Shown: positions 32,406 to 42,600 of the stretch, piece after piece | Position numbering within the stretch: the stretch's first letter is position 1 | How the letters are laid out: each line of letters opens with the position of its first letter | Assembly (NCBI GenBank): GCA_965261395.1 | Contig: OZ253462.1 | Coordinates: 5,568,001 to 5,632,000, forward strand | DNA from: Candidatus Latescibacterota bacterium | Lineage (GTDB): Bacteria > Latescibacterota > UBA2968 > UBA8231 | Direction: 5' to 3' | Length of the DNA: 64,000 nt | Notes under the pieces: generated by a model | Told to the model about the DNA's origin: nothing | Seen by the model: the letters and a program-made list of their open reading frames with translations, nothing else | Database searches by the model: none | Program-made: the position numbers and the translations under genes

Positions 32406-35400
32406 CTACAAATACCCGAACAACACCGTAAAATAAGACTTCCACCGCCCCTTATCTTGCACCTCGTCAATCCCATACGCCACATCCACCTGCACCCGCG
32501 TCGGCACGCTGTAATAAGAAATCAAATCAAAGCGCAACTGCCCCCCCACATCCCGCAGTGGGCCGTCGCGTCCATACCGTTCGTTCCACTCGCCTATGTT
32601 TCGGTCCCAAGCCTTGCCCATACTGGTGTACACTGCGCCATATACTTTGTCGAAATACAACTGCGCAACGCGCTTGCCCAAATTCGGCAGCAGAGGAAAG
32701 CGCAGCGTCGCCGTGCCCATCAGAGCCTTGCGCCCCTCGATGCTATAAAAAGTATAGCCCTTCATAAAGTTGAGGCCGCCGAGGCGGTAGTCGAAGAAAT
32801 CGCCGACCCGCGACGTGTCGTTCACCGCGTCGTTGTCGATCCAGCCGCCGTACAGCCGCAGGCCCAAGCGGGTATTGCCGGGCATGGCCATGTATTCCTT
32901 CCAATCGACGGTAAACTGATTGTAAAAGAGCTTGATGTAGTTCTCGTCGATAAAGGACGCCTGCTCGTTAAAGCCGTCGATAAAATAGTTGAACATCCGG
33001 TCGTAGCGCGCGTAGAGCTGGCGGCCCACAGGGCTTATATCGCGGTCCCGCCGCCGCGCAATCATCTCCATCCGATAGGTCAGCCCCAAGCCAAAGCCAT
33101 TGAGATAGGTATAACCAAAGGGCCTTTGCCGCTGGCGCTCAAAGCCGAGGCCGCCGTCTCGGCGCGGCACAAAAGCCTCCCATTGGACGCTGGCATCGTA
33201 GCGTTCGTACGTGGCTGAGGCCGTCAGCTCCACATGGCGACCCAATTTACCGCGCACCCCCGCGCTGAGCTGGCTCAAGTTGAAGTTGATGGCGTTGACA
33301 ATGCCCGCCCGCGCCTCCGAGCTATCGCCGCGAGCCGAGCGCCGGCGCTGGTTGAATAGCTCTAAAAAGAAGGTGGGACGGAATCCCTTGAACTCGTATA
33401 TGGCGAACAGTTCGCGGTCGGCATTGGCCGGCGCAATGGCACCCCCGGCGAATATGCTCTGGCGGTTGAGCACATCGCCAGAGGTGAGGTACGCGCCCGC
33501 CTTGAAATTCCCCTCGTCCATGAACAGCCTCGGCAGGATTCCGGTCTTGAGGAAGTCGATGCCATACGCTTGGGGCGTGCTCGGCAAGGCGGGGGCCGAC
33601 GTGCCACGCCAATCCAGCGGCATGTCTTGGGAAAACCACGCCTCTTCAGCCGCCACCGGCGTCCCCTCGTCCTGCAACTGGCGAATCTCAAAGCCGGCCG
33701 ACGTATAAGCTGCAAAGACGACCTCGCCCTCCGAGCCGACCGATGGGCTGAACGCACCGCCGATAGTATTAGTTATCTGCCGCAGCGCGAGCGTTTCCAA
33801 GTTGAGGGCATAAATATTGAAAATGCCGCTGAAATCCGACGCAAAGACGATCTCCGTGCCGTCCGCGCTCCACGCTGGGTCCCGGTCCGTGCCAGGCGTG
33901 GCAATGTCGAATACCCCTTCGTCGAGCAAGGGCGTTGCAGCGGCGGCGTCCGCGTCTAGTTGCACCACGGCGATGTCGCGCTGTCCCTCGCGCGAGATCG
34001 CAAACGCCAGCTTGCGTCCGTCGGGCGAAAAGCGCGGCGTGTAGAGCTGGGTGCCATCCGCAAAGTGGGTTAGATAGCGCAGCCCCGTGCCGTCGGCCCG
34101 CATCATCGCCAAATTGTTGCTGGTGTCCTTGTTTTGCACGAAGACGATCCATTCGCCATCGGGCGAATAGGTCGGGTACAGTGCGCGCAGCCCGCGCGTC
34201 AGCCGCTTGACGCGCGGCGTCTCCGGTGCCGTGCCGCTAACCATAGCCGGCACCAACCACAGCATATTGCGCCAAAAACTAGGGCCAGCGGCAGCGGAAT
34301 TCCACTCGTAGATATCCGCCTGCCGCGAACCGTATTTGTCGGCCCGGTCGATGCGCGAAAAGAGCAGCTTGCGCCCGTCCGGCGACCAATCCACGGTCGA
34401 AGCCGCCGCTGGGAAGACTGCGACTTCCTCCTCGCCCGTAGCGAGGTCGCGCACGATCAAGCCGTGCGGGTAGTGGTGCCGCTTGCGCGTTGACAGATAC
34501 GCCAATTTCTCGCCGTTGGGTGCCAGCCGCGGCCGCAGATTGGAAAAGCCGACATCCACGATCCGCTCGCCCTCGCGCAGCGGCCCCAACGCCGCCACCT
34601 GCGCCCGATAGCCCTGCCGCAGGGACTCGATCCACTCGCCGTATAGCTCGTCCGCGCTCTTGCCCAAGACCTTTTTGCACGCCCCGTCAATGGCGAGCGC
34701 GTGCCACTGCGACGAGGCCCGGTACAGCGCGGCGATTTTTTCTTCACCGTACATCTCGGCGATATAGCGCACCAAGCCAAAGCCGTGGTCGTACACGTAT
34801 TCGTTGCCAAAGCCCTGCTTGCCAAAGACGCCCATCTGGTCGAAGGATAGCTGCTCGTCCGCCAGCACCAAGGAGCGGAGCACCATGTCGCGGTTGGCAT
34901 CCCAGCGGTCGTGAGTCGTAGTCGCAGTCCCGTACTGGGCCGCGCCCTCGGCCAGCCACATGGGCACCACCGTGCCCATCACTGGATAGGAAGCGATGAC
35001 ATCCGGATAGCCGATGAGAATGTCCGGTCGGTTTTTCTCTCGTTGGTAGCCAAAGTACTGCAAGTAGAGCGCGGGGACGCGCTGTACGCCTTTGCGCGCA
35101 GCACCGAGCGAAACGATGTGGGCAAATTCGTGGGTTATTACGTTGCGCAGCCAGTCTGAACTGCCGCGCAAATCGAAGTCGTGGTCGAGCGACGTGGCCC
35201 AGATCTCAATGGTGTCTTGATAGAAAAAAGCCGCGCCATTGGCGTAATCGTCGTGGTCCTTGAGCACGATCCGCACGCGCCCGTCGGGCGCGTACCCATA
35301 CAGCTCGGTAATGGGCGCGTACGCGGCTTCGGCAATGCGCGCCGCCCGCGCCGCCGCCCCATCCAGCCCCTCGTGATAGAAGATGCGGAAGTGCTCGGTC

Positions 35401-35516
35401 TCCACCACCTGCCACGCCAGCTCCGGGTGGTTTTGGGCAAAGGACGCGCTCGCCCAACTGAGCATCAGGCAAAGTACGCACAGCCCGGCCAGCAGCGGGG
35501 TGGTCAGTTTCCCCAT
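32406..35516 (-). CDS. Peptidase MA-like + TolB/PD40 propeller + Omp85/BamA-like barrel fusion
   Basis: Signal peptide, ETEHFRIFY, THEFAH...WLAEG, repeated (W/Y/F)SPDG blades and C-terminal LGG..FMKGY..IEG plus aromatic-rich barrel strands. Confidence 0.75.
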   Translation of the reverse strand: MGKLTTPLLAGLCVLCLMLSWASASFAQNHPELAWQVVETEHFRIFYHEGLDGAAARAARIAEAAYAPITELYGYAPDGRVRIVLKDHDDYANGAAFFYQDTIEIWATSLDHDFDLRGSSDWLRNVITHEFAHIVSLGAARKGVQRVPALYLQYFGYQREKNRPDILIGYPDVIASYPVMGTVVPMWLAEGAAQYGTATTTHDRWDANRDMVLRSLVLADEQLSFDQMGVFGKQGFGNEYVYDHGFGLVRYIAEMYGEEKIAALYRASSQWHALAIDGACKKVLGKSADELYGEWIESLRQGYRAQVAALGPLREGERIVDVGFSNLRPRLAPNGEKLAYLSTRKRHHYPHGLIVRDLATGEEEVAVFPAAASTVDWSPDGRKLLFSRIDRADKYGSRQADIYEWNSAAAGPSFWRNMLWLVPAMVSGTAPETPRVKRLTRGLRALYPTYSPDGEWIVFVQNKDTSNNLAMMRADGTGLRYLTHFADGTQLYTPRFSPDGRKLAFAISREGQRDIAVVQLDADAAAATPLLDEGVFDIATPGTDRDPAWSADGTEIVFASDFSGIFNIYALNLETLALRQITNTIGGAFSPSVGSEGEVVFAAYTSAGFEIRQLQDEGTPVAAEEAWFSQDMPLDWRGTSAPALPSTPQAYGIDFLKTGILPRLFMDEGNFKAGAYLTSGDVLNRQSIFAGGAIAPANADRELFAIYEFKGFRPTFFLELFNQRRRSARGDSSEARAGIVNAINFNLSQLSAGVRGKLGRHVELTASATYERYDASVQWEAFVPRRDGGLGFERQRQRPFGYTYLNGFGLGLTYRMEMIARRRDRDISPVGRQLYARYDRMFNYFIDGFNEQASFIDENYIKLFYNQFTVDWKEYMAMPGNTRLGLRLYGGWIDNDAVNDTSRVGDFFDYRLGGLNFMKGYTFYSIEGRKALMGTATLRFPLLPNLGKRVAQLYFDKVYGAVYTSMGKAWDRNIGEWNERYGRDGPLRDVGGQLRFDLISYYSVPTRVQVDVAYGIDEVQDKGRWKSYFTVLFGYL

Positions 35517-35615
35517 AGAAGAGTTCTCCTCAGCTCGAAATAAAATGATGCCTCTAGTACTAAGGCGATCTCACTGCTGCAAAGGCACTCCTCTCGCAAT
35601 GCCCACTTGGCGACC
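35477..35615 (-). repeat. Duplicated leader and signal-peptide module, copy A
   Basis: Nearly identical to 39453-39601, including AGTACTAAGGCGATCTCACTGCTGCAAAGGCA. Confidence 0.9.
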
Positions 35616-35633
35616 AGACAAAACGCCAACCCT

Positions 35634-38375
35634 TCACTGACTTACAGCCATTTTGACCACGGCTTCTCCCCGCCGCCCGTCGTCGCCGTGTGCGATCAAT
35701 CGGCATAGATACAGGCCGCTGGCAGAGCCTTCCACCGACCAAGTAATTTCGCGCTCACCGGCTGCCAAGCCGTTGCTGCGGTGCCGCCCAACGCGCCCGC
35801 CCAACGCATCAAACACCTCCAATTCGATGCGTCCGGCCGCGCTCAACGCAAAGCGCAAATGCGCATCTTCACCGGGGCCGACTGGATTGGGATAGCAATA
35901 GACCCGGCCTAGCAAGGCTGCCTCTGGCTCTACAACGGGCCGACCAGCTACCAGCGCAGCCCGCGACCCAGCCGCATCGGCACCCGCCTGCGGCCAATGA
36001 GCTGGCCCCCCAGCATACTGCGCCGCCACCTTAAGCAGATCCCACGCATACACGGCCGTGCCATCCAAGGCCGCTAACGCCAAGCGACCATCGCCGTCTA
36101 AGTCCAATACCACCGGCGACGCTGTCGGAGGGGCGGTCATCAGCAGGGGGAAGCCCGACAAGGGCCGCCCATCGTCGTCCACGCCGAAAATTCCACTGTA
36201 GCCGGCGACGAATATCTCCTGCTTGCCGTCGGCATCCACGTCGCAAAGCACCGGCTCAAAAACGAGATCGCCGATCTCGGCAAAGCGCGGGAAAGCAGCG
36301 GGAAAGTCGGCGTGGCGCAATCCGTCGGCTCGCAGGGCGTGTATCGCTCCATTCCGCGTAACCAGAACCACTTCCAACAGACCATCGCCGTCCAAATCGC
36401 CTAGGACCGGCGGCGCGGCTAGCGAATCGCCCAACTCGACTACATGCGATCCGATCGCGACCCGTCCTCCGGCCGTAGCGAAGACCCACTCGACTTGGCC
36501 ATCGCCATCCAAATCGCCGGCCGCCGGGGACAACGAGGCTATGGCCTCCAGCCGCTTTTGTTCCTTCAACTCGCCGCTTATGGCATCTACCACGTAGATC
36601 TGTTCCGCTCCGATAAGCAGCAGCGCGGCCTCCGCACTCGTGCTGAACTGCGCGTCTGACGGCACCTCGTCCAGCGCGAGCTGCCACAGCGGTTGGTCGG
36701 CCCCGGCGTCCCACGCGCTGACCTCTGCGTCGCGCCACAAGAAAAACTCGGGCCGGCCATCGCCGTCGCCGTCGCCAGCAGCCAGCAACCGCGCCCCAGG
36801 TACTCGCCACGCCGCCACGCCATCGCCGGTTGCATAGCCGACCCCACCCCCGGCCTCAAAGAGCAACTCATCCACTCCGTCGCCGTCCAAATCCGCAGCT
36901 TGCAGCCGGCCATCGCCCGGTAACTCCCGTGGCCAACCCGGACGGGCACGTCCAAAGCGTATGGCCACCTGCATAGTATCGCCAAGTGCGGAAAGCACTT
37001 CGATCTCAATGCCGGTCTCCCACTCCCGATTGCTGCGCGAATCGGGTTGAGTCGCCGAGCCGAACAGCGTTTGTCCACCGGCAAAGAACGGATCGTCGGG
37101 CGATCCCTCGATTTGCCGCTGCCGCTCAAAGACCGGATGGCCAATGTCGCGGTACCCATCGGCCTCTTCCAAGGCAATCCCCTGCCAATGGGCCTGATTG
37201 TTCGCGGTATTGGAGTCCGCAGCACGTGCCATCACGCCCTCATCTACATGCCATATCAGCACCCCCGACCCTGAGACAAAGGCGTCGTATTCCTCCATCG
37301 CGGTCCACACGCCTTGTTCTATAGTGATCTGCTCGGGGTCAATCCACACCTTTCCTTCGTCTTCGCCCTCCTCAACGCCGCGCTGCCCGCGCTGCTGCCT
37401 ATTCTCCAGCAAGAAGTATTCGCGCGCGTCAATGGGGATGCGCACGGCTTTGGGAAGATCGCCGCTACGGTCGGTCGCCAGCAGCGATAGTACGGTGTCG
37501 CGCCGCACCACCACCGGCTCAATCCACCCTAGCTGCATCTTGCTCCAAGCCATCGGATGCGGCGGCGCGAAGCCAACCACCCAAGCGAGACTGTCGGTCC
37601 GCACGTAGCCCGAAACGTTGGCCCCCACGTCCATCAGGCTCCAGCCTCCTAGGGCCGGCACACCGGCGGCGAAATTGGACAACCCAGGCAGGCCCAACTG
37701 GTGGCCAAAGAACTTGGCCAGCAAGCCATTGAGGCCGGCCCGGCCATTGATACTGGGCGACTCCGGCAAGATCCACGCCTGATCGATCGCTGCGTCGCCC
37801 ACGGTCAGCGGGCCGCCGTTAAAGTGCGCAAAATCGCTCTCCGCTAGGAAGACCGAGCGGATATCGTTCAGCTCGCCGGTCTCGTAGCCAACCCCGGCGT
37901 GGAACACGAGAAAGCTGTTGAATTCGTCCAAACGCGGGCCGTCGGGATCGGCCAGCGCGGCATGCAGGGCATCGCTCACCAGCTCGATCCACTTCACACC
38001 GATCTCCTCAGTCGTACGTCCGTTGCCGTAGTGGAGCATAGATTGGGGAAGCGTGTACGCCTGCCGAGCGGCGCGGGGGAACACCTCGGCGGAAATCGCC
38101 ACCTGACCGGCAGAAACGACCTCGTAATAGCGCGCCAGCGCAGTCAGGTGCCGCTCGAAATACGCGCGGTCGTGCGGCGGCACGTCGTAGGGAAGCGCGT
38201 ACTCTTCGGCTGCCTCCTCGGCCGAGCGCAGATCAAACGCGCCGGTGCCGGTCGTCGTGAACTCATCGGGATTTTCGCGCGGAAAATCGACGCGCAAGGC
38301 TAAGATTCGCCACTCGGCGTCGGCCGCGGTGGCCGCTGACAACAGCAGTGAGAAACAGAAGCCTAAGAGGAGCAA
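35634..38375 (-). CDS. M6 (InhA)-like degenerate peptidase domain + FG-GAP repeats + T9SS-type CTD
   Basis: ILALRVDF, VFHAG, AKFFGHQLGLPG, WSLMDVG, WSKMQLGW, EYFLLENR, several DLDGDG repeats and YPNP...SGLY CTD; start codon uncertain. Confidence 0.8.
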   Translation of the reverse strand: MLLLGFCFSLLLSAATAADAEWRILALRVDFPRENPDEFTTTGTGAFDLRSAEEAAEEYALPYDVPPHDRAYFERHLTALARYYEVVSAGQVAISAEVFPRAARQAYTLPQSMLHYGNGRTTEEIGVKWIELVSDALHAALADPDGPRLDEFNSFLVFHAGVGYETGELNDIRSVFLAESDFAHFNGGPLTVGDAAIDQAWILPESPSINGRAGLNGLLAKFFGHQLGLPGLSNFAAGVPALGGWSLMDVGANVSGYVRTDSLAWVVGFAPPHPMAWSKMQLGWIEPVVVRRDTVLSLLATDRSGDLPKAVRIPIDAREYFLLENRQQRGQRGVEEGEDEGKVWIDPEQITIEQGVWTAMEEYDAFVSGSGVLIWHVDEGVMARAADSNTANNQAHWQGIALEEADGYRDIGHPVFERQRQIEGSPDDPFFAGGQTLFGSATQPDSRSNREWETGIEIEVLSALGDTMQVAIRFGRARPGWPRELPGDGRLQAADLDGDGVDELLFEAGGGVGYATGDGVAAWRVPGARLLAAGDGDGDGRPEFFLWRDAEVSAWDAGADQPLWQLALDEVPSDAQFSTSAEAALLLIGAEQIYVVDAISGELKEQKRLEAIASLSPAAGDLDGDGQVEWVFATAGGRVAIGSHVVELGDSLAAPPVLGDLDGDGLLEVVLVTRNGAIHALRADGLRHADFPAAFPRFAEIGDLVFEPVLCDVDADGKQEIFVAGYSGIFGVDDDGRPLSGFPLLMTAPPTASPVVLDLDGDGRLALAALDGTAVYAWDLLKVAAQYAGGPAHWPQAGADAAGSRAALVAGRPVVEPEAALLGRVYCYPNPVGPGEDAHLRFALSAAGRIELEVFDALGGRVGRHRSNGLAAGEREITWSVEGSASGLYLCRLIAHGDDGRRGEAVVKMAVSQ

Positions 38376-38439
38376 GGGGGCTAAATCGCAGCGTTGCCGC
38401 GCAGCGCGGCAACAAAACCAGCGTCCGATTGGAACACCC

Positions 38440-39492
38440 TCAGAAAATGATGTTCAGGGAAATCGGCGTATTGTCTCCCACCACCGTGTCCTCGTTGCCG
38501 ATTATATACGCCACATCAAACTGGAAGCGATTGTACTTTAGCCCAACGCCAAAGGTCTTGGAATGTACCTCGCCGTCGGTGTCCTGAGAAAGGCCCGCCC
38601 GCAACGCGATGAACGCCTCGCCTTCGCGCGCGGAAAGCCCGTATTGGTATTCGCCACCCACGTGCAGATCCATCTCCTTGAACTCGTTGCTCAAGCCCTC
38701 GTCGGCCCATGCCGTGGCCAAGTTGCTGACAAAAGACCCATCGGCAATCAGAGGTTTGTATAGGTCAAAAGAGAGCATCAGGTCGTTGTATTGGGTATCC
38801 ATCACGTCGTAGGCCACCCCGACGACGATGTGCTGGGGCAGCGGATCGGCCTGTTCGGCGTCGATATAGGCGATTTTGGGGCCTAGGTTGCGCAGGGCCG
38901 CGCCAAAGCTGAGGCTGGGGACGGGCTTCCACAAAAATCCCAGATCCGCGGCAAAGCTGTTGCCCACACCCCGGCCCCGCTCAATGCCGGCCCCCACATC
39001 GGCCAAGTTGCTGCGGATAAACTTCAAGCCGATGCCAGCAGACGTATTGTCGCCAATATCTGCCCCGTAGGCCGCAGACATAGCCACGTCATAGCTGCGG
39101 AAGGTGCCTTGTTGGTTGCCGCGCTCGTCCGTGCGGATCTGCTCGCCTAGATTTAGCAGCGCGACGTTAAAGCCGAAGTTGCCCCACCCCTCCACGGGCA
39201 TGGAATAGGCCAAAAACTCGTAGGACAAGTCGTCGGCCAGCTTCGGCAGCCACTTGGTGTGCGAGAGGTGGATCTTTTTCTTGGTCTGCCCGACGAGGGC
39301 AGCCGGATTGAAGTAGCTGGCCGTGGCGTCGTCGGCCACTGCCACGTACGATTCACCCATGGCAATGGCACGGGAACCCGGCTCGATCAACAAAAGAAGC
39401 GGAGCACTTCGGCTCTCGGGCGTGGCCTGGACCTCATCGGGCAATGCACCCGCGCAAAGGCCGGCCAGCAGCAGGGTCGTCAGTTTCCTCAT
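38440..39492 (-). CDS. PorV-like outer-membrane beta-barrel
   Basis: LLIEPGSRAIAMGESYVAVADDATASYFNPA, HTKWLP, NLGPKI and DPLP motifs; terminal Phe; directly downstream of the PorU-like gene. Confidence 0.8.
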   Translation of the reverse strand: MRKLTTLLLAGLCAGALPDEVQATPESRSAPLLLLIEPGSRAIAMGESYVAVADDATASYFNPAALVGQTKKKIHLSHTKWLPKLADDLSYEFLAYSMPVEGWGNFGFNVALLNLGEQIRTDERGNQQGTFRSYDVAMSAAYGADIGDNTSAGIGLKFIRSNLADVGAGIERGRGVGNSFAADLGFLWKPVPSLSFGAALRNLGPKIAYIDAEQADPLPQHIVVGVAYDVMDTQYNDLMLSFDLYKPLIADGSFVSNLATAWADEGLSNEFKEMDLHVGGEYQYGLSAREGEAFIALRAGLSQDTDGEVHSKTFGVGLKYNRFQFDVAYIIGNEDTVVGDNTPISLNIIF

Positions 39493-39601
39493 AGCGGAGT
39501 CCTCCTCAGCTAAAAATAAAAATATAAAATGATGCCTCCTAAGTACTAAGGCGATCTCACTGCTGCAAAGGCATTCCTCTCGCAATGCTCATTTGGCGAC
39601 C
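39453..39601 (-). repeat. Duplicated leader and signal-peptide module, copy B
   Basis: Spans the PorU-like stop, the intergenic region and the first 13 codons of the PorV-like gene; nearly identical to 35477-35615. Confidence 0.9.
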
Positions 39602-42600
39602 TGCAAGACGGCGCGGCGCGCGACCGCAGCACCACTTCCCCGCTCGGCCTCTATCCGGTAAATATACGCACCGTTGGCCAAACCCGTCGGCGGTGTCCAA
39701 GGCACTTGGTTGTAGCCAGCGTGCGTCTGTCCGTCTAGCCGTTCTATCAGCCGACCGGCCAGCGAAAAAATCTCTATCTGCACAGCGCGCATGTCGTCTG
39801 CTAGCTCATACGTGAAGTAGCCGCTATCGCGCATGGGATTTGGGTAAAATAGAACATTGGCAAGGCCCGCGTCGCCTTCGTCGTCCCCGACCGCGACCGA
39901 CACCGTCGCACGCGACGAATTGTTGAAGTTGTCCCAGACCTTCAGGTGGAACTCGTGTTTGCCCGCTTCCAGTTCGGGCAGGGGAAATTCAATGACCCCC
40001 TGACGATAGTCTCCGCCCTGCACGCTGTAAAGCTCCGTCAATGTGAAGAACTGGCCATCGATGGCCAGCTCGATTTCGTGCCCGGTCTCTCCAGTGATGT
40101 TGATGCCGCTGGGATCCTCAATCGAGGCCAACAACACCGTTTGCCGCGGAATCGTGGTGCCTTTGGCCCCCTCGAAGCGCAGGGAGATTTCCGGCCCCTC
40201 CACGTCCGCTTCCACGCCTGCGGCCGTACCCGCTAGCACCAATCCTTCAGCCGCGCCAAAGGCCGCCGGGCTATCATCGCTCCAAACGTAGGCGCTGATG
40301 CGGCCGTTCTCCCCTCCGTAAGTAATGTCTTTAGGCACCCGAAACGCGGCGCGGAAGCGGCCCTCGGCTACTGGAAAGCGACCGCGAAAAATGGGGGCAC
40401 CGGTCTGCTGGTAGGTATAACCCTCCAAGACACTCTCTTCACTCGAATCAAATGCCTGCAACCACACTTGGCCCTCATAGGTGGTGGCCGGCGCACCAGC
40501 CGCGTCGAGAACTTGGCCGGCCAGAGCCACTTCGCCGAGGGCGTGGAGCGAGTCGGCCGCGTCGATCTGCACCTGAAAGCGCGGCATGGCCAAGCGCGTC
40601 GCCGGGTCGCCGAAGAGCGAGTAGCGCTGAATGTTGCGGAATGTACGGAATGCAGTGGGGCCACTGGGGGAATACAGCGGCAGCAGTAATTGCTTGGCCT
40701 CGGTGAGGGCCAGCCCAATCGGCACGTGCTTCCGCCCAGTGTAGTACATCTGCTCGTAGAACTGGTTGGCCAACCGGACATTGGTGTCGTGCCACCCCAC
40801 CCGAGTCGCGCAAATCATGCCGATCACGCCCCCATCTTCCTTCTTCAGGAGCGCCTCGGGAATGGAGATGCGCACTGGATCGTCGAACACCCCCACTTGA
40901 CTCGCGGCCGTGAAAAACAAGGGCAGGCGACCGCCGTTTTTGACATCGTCCAAATCGCGGGAAAGCAAGAACATCCACTCGTGGGCCAGGCGGTCGTAGG
41001 TGCCATGCCCCAGATAGGTCATAATGAGCGCACCCTTGTTGAAGAGCCGGATGAACTCGTCTCGCGCTCGCGGCTTAGTCTGTCCCTCTAAGGGGAATTG
41101 GGCGATGTAGAGCTTGGTCATGTCCAACGCCTTGGGCATGACGTTTTGGGCCATGTATTCGCTGTCGTTGAGAAAGTATTTCTCGACATTAAGCGGCTTG
41201 TCTCGATTGAACAAATCATCTGCAACAAGCGCCACTCGGCTCTGCCAAGGCCCCAATTCAGGTGCGCGGTCGTAGGCGATGATCTTGTCGGCGAGCGCGT
41301 CGGCCTCAGCCGCGGTCTGCACCGTCAGCCGACCAATGGCCATGTCGGGGAACAAATCATCCCCTACCACGCGCGTGTACCACTCGTCGTACGTGCTGTC
41401 TCCGTCTTGGAAGGGCGGGATCCAATTGCCCTGACTGAGGGCCGAATTGTTCTTGTAGTCGTACGAGCCATCGCCGACCAAGGCTACGAATAGGGGTGCG
41501 GGATCCCAGTGCTCGGCCGCATAGGCGAGAAAATTGCGAATCGCCGCTGGGTCCAAAAGTCCGCCGGAAAACTCGTCGTATATATCTTGTACGTCGATGG
41601 CCATTGTCCGCAGGGGCGGACCGAAGCGGTCGTCTTCAGCCCGCCATTGCGCCAAGCGCTCGGCCGCGGCGCGGAAATCGCGGTGGTAAATCGCCACCCA
41701 ATCGGCCCCCCAGCCCCCAATCGTCAAATCGCCGGGCAAATCGAGCTCGATCCGCACCGGTCGCTTCCAAGTCGCCGGGCCGCCCACTGTGTACTGACGC
41801 GGCACATCCCCGGGCCGATCCTGAAAAATTACCGTCCCAGCTTGCGCGTCGAACTCGAAGTCCACGACCTCGGCCAAGCCCGCAGAGACCTCAAAAGTGC
41901 GCGGCCGCTCGTCAGCAAAACTAGCGAGGCGGAATTGGGTGGTGCCCGTCAGCGGGTAGGTGAAGATCAACTCGCCGCGCTCGGCGACAAAGCCGCGGCT
42001 GTATTCCACCTCGTACCAATCGAAGCGGGACGGATTACCGGAGTGAACGATCCCCAAGTGGTTCAGCCCCTCCTGCGCCCCCATCGGTGCCCACAGCGTA
42101 TCGGATGCAACGGGCGTCTGACCAGATTCCCCTGGAATTGTAAAAGCCACCCTTCCGATAGTCTCTTCGTTCCAGCGCACCGAAAAACGCGGCCGCGTTT
42201 CGGGTGCCCCGATAAAGCCTAAGCGCACGGTCACCGGCTCGGGCACGGCCTGCCGCACCACCACCGGAAAATTGCGTGCATTGCCGCGAAAGTCCTCCCA
42301 GTACCAAGTGTAGCCGGACTTGATGCTATAAAGTTGATTGAGAACGAACTGCTCGGCTTCCTCGTGGATTCGCACCCGATAGCTCGTGGGCTGCTGCGGG
42401 TCGGACGCCACCAGAGCACCGCTCCTTTGCTCGGCCCGCCGTCCCTCGCCCCCACCGCCAAAACCCAGCCAGTACGCGTTCTCGCGCGTGTAGAGGTTGT
42501 GTCGATATTGAAACGAGCGGCTATCCAGCGCGTACTCCCAGCGGCTGACCGGCTCGGCCCAAAACAAGACGAAGTCGTCCGCGTCCAAGCGGCCATCGCC

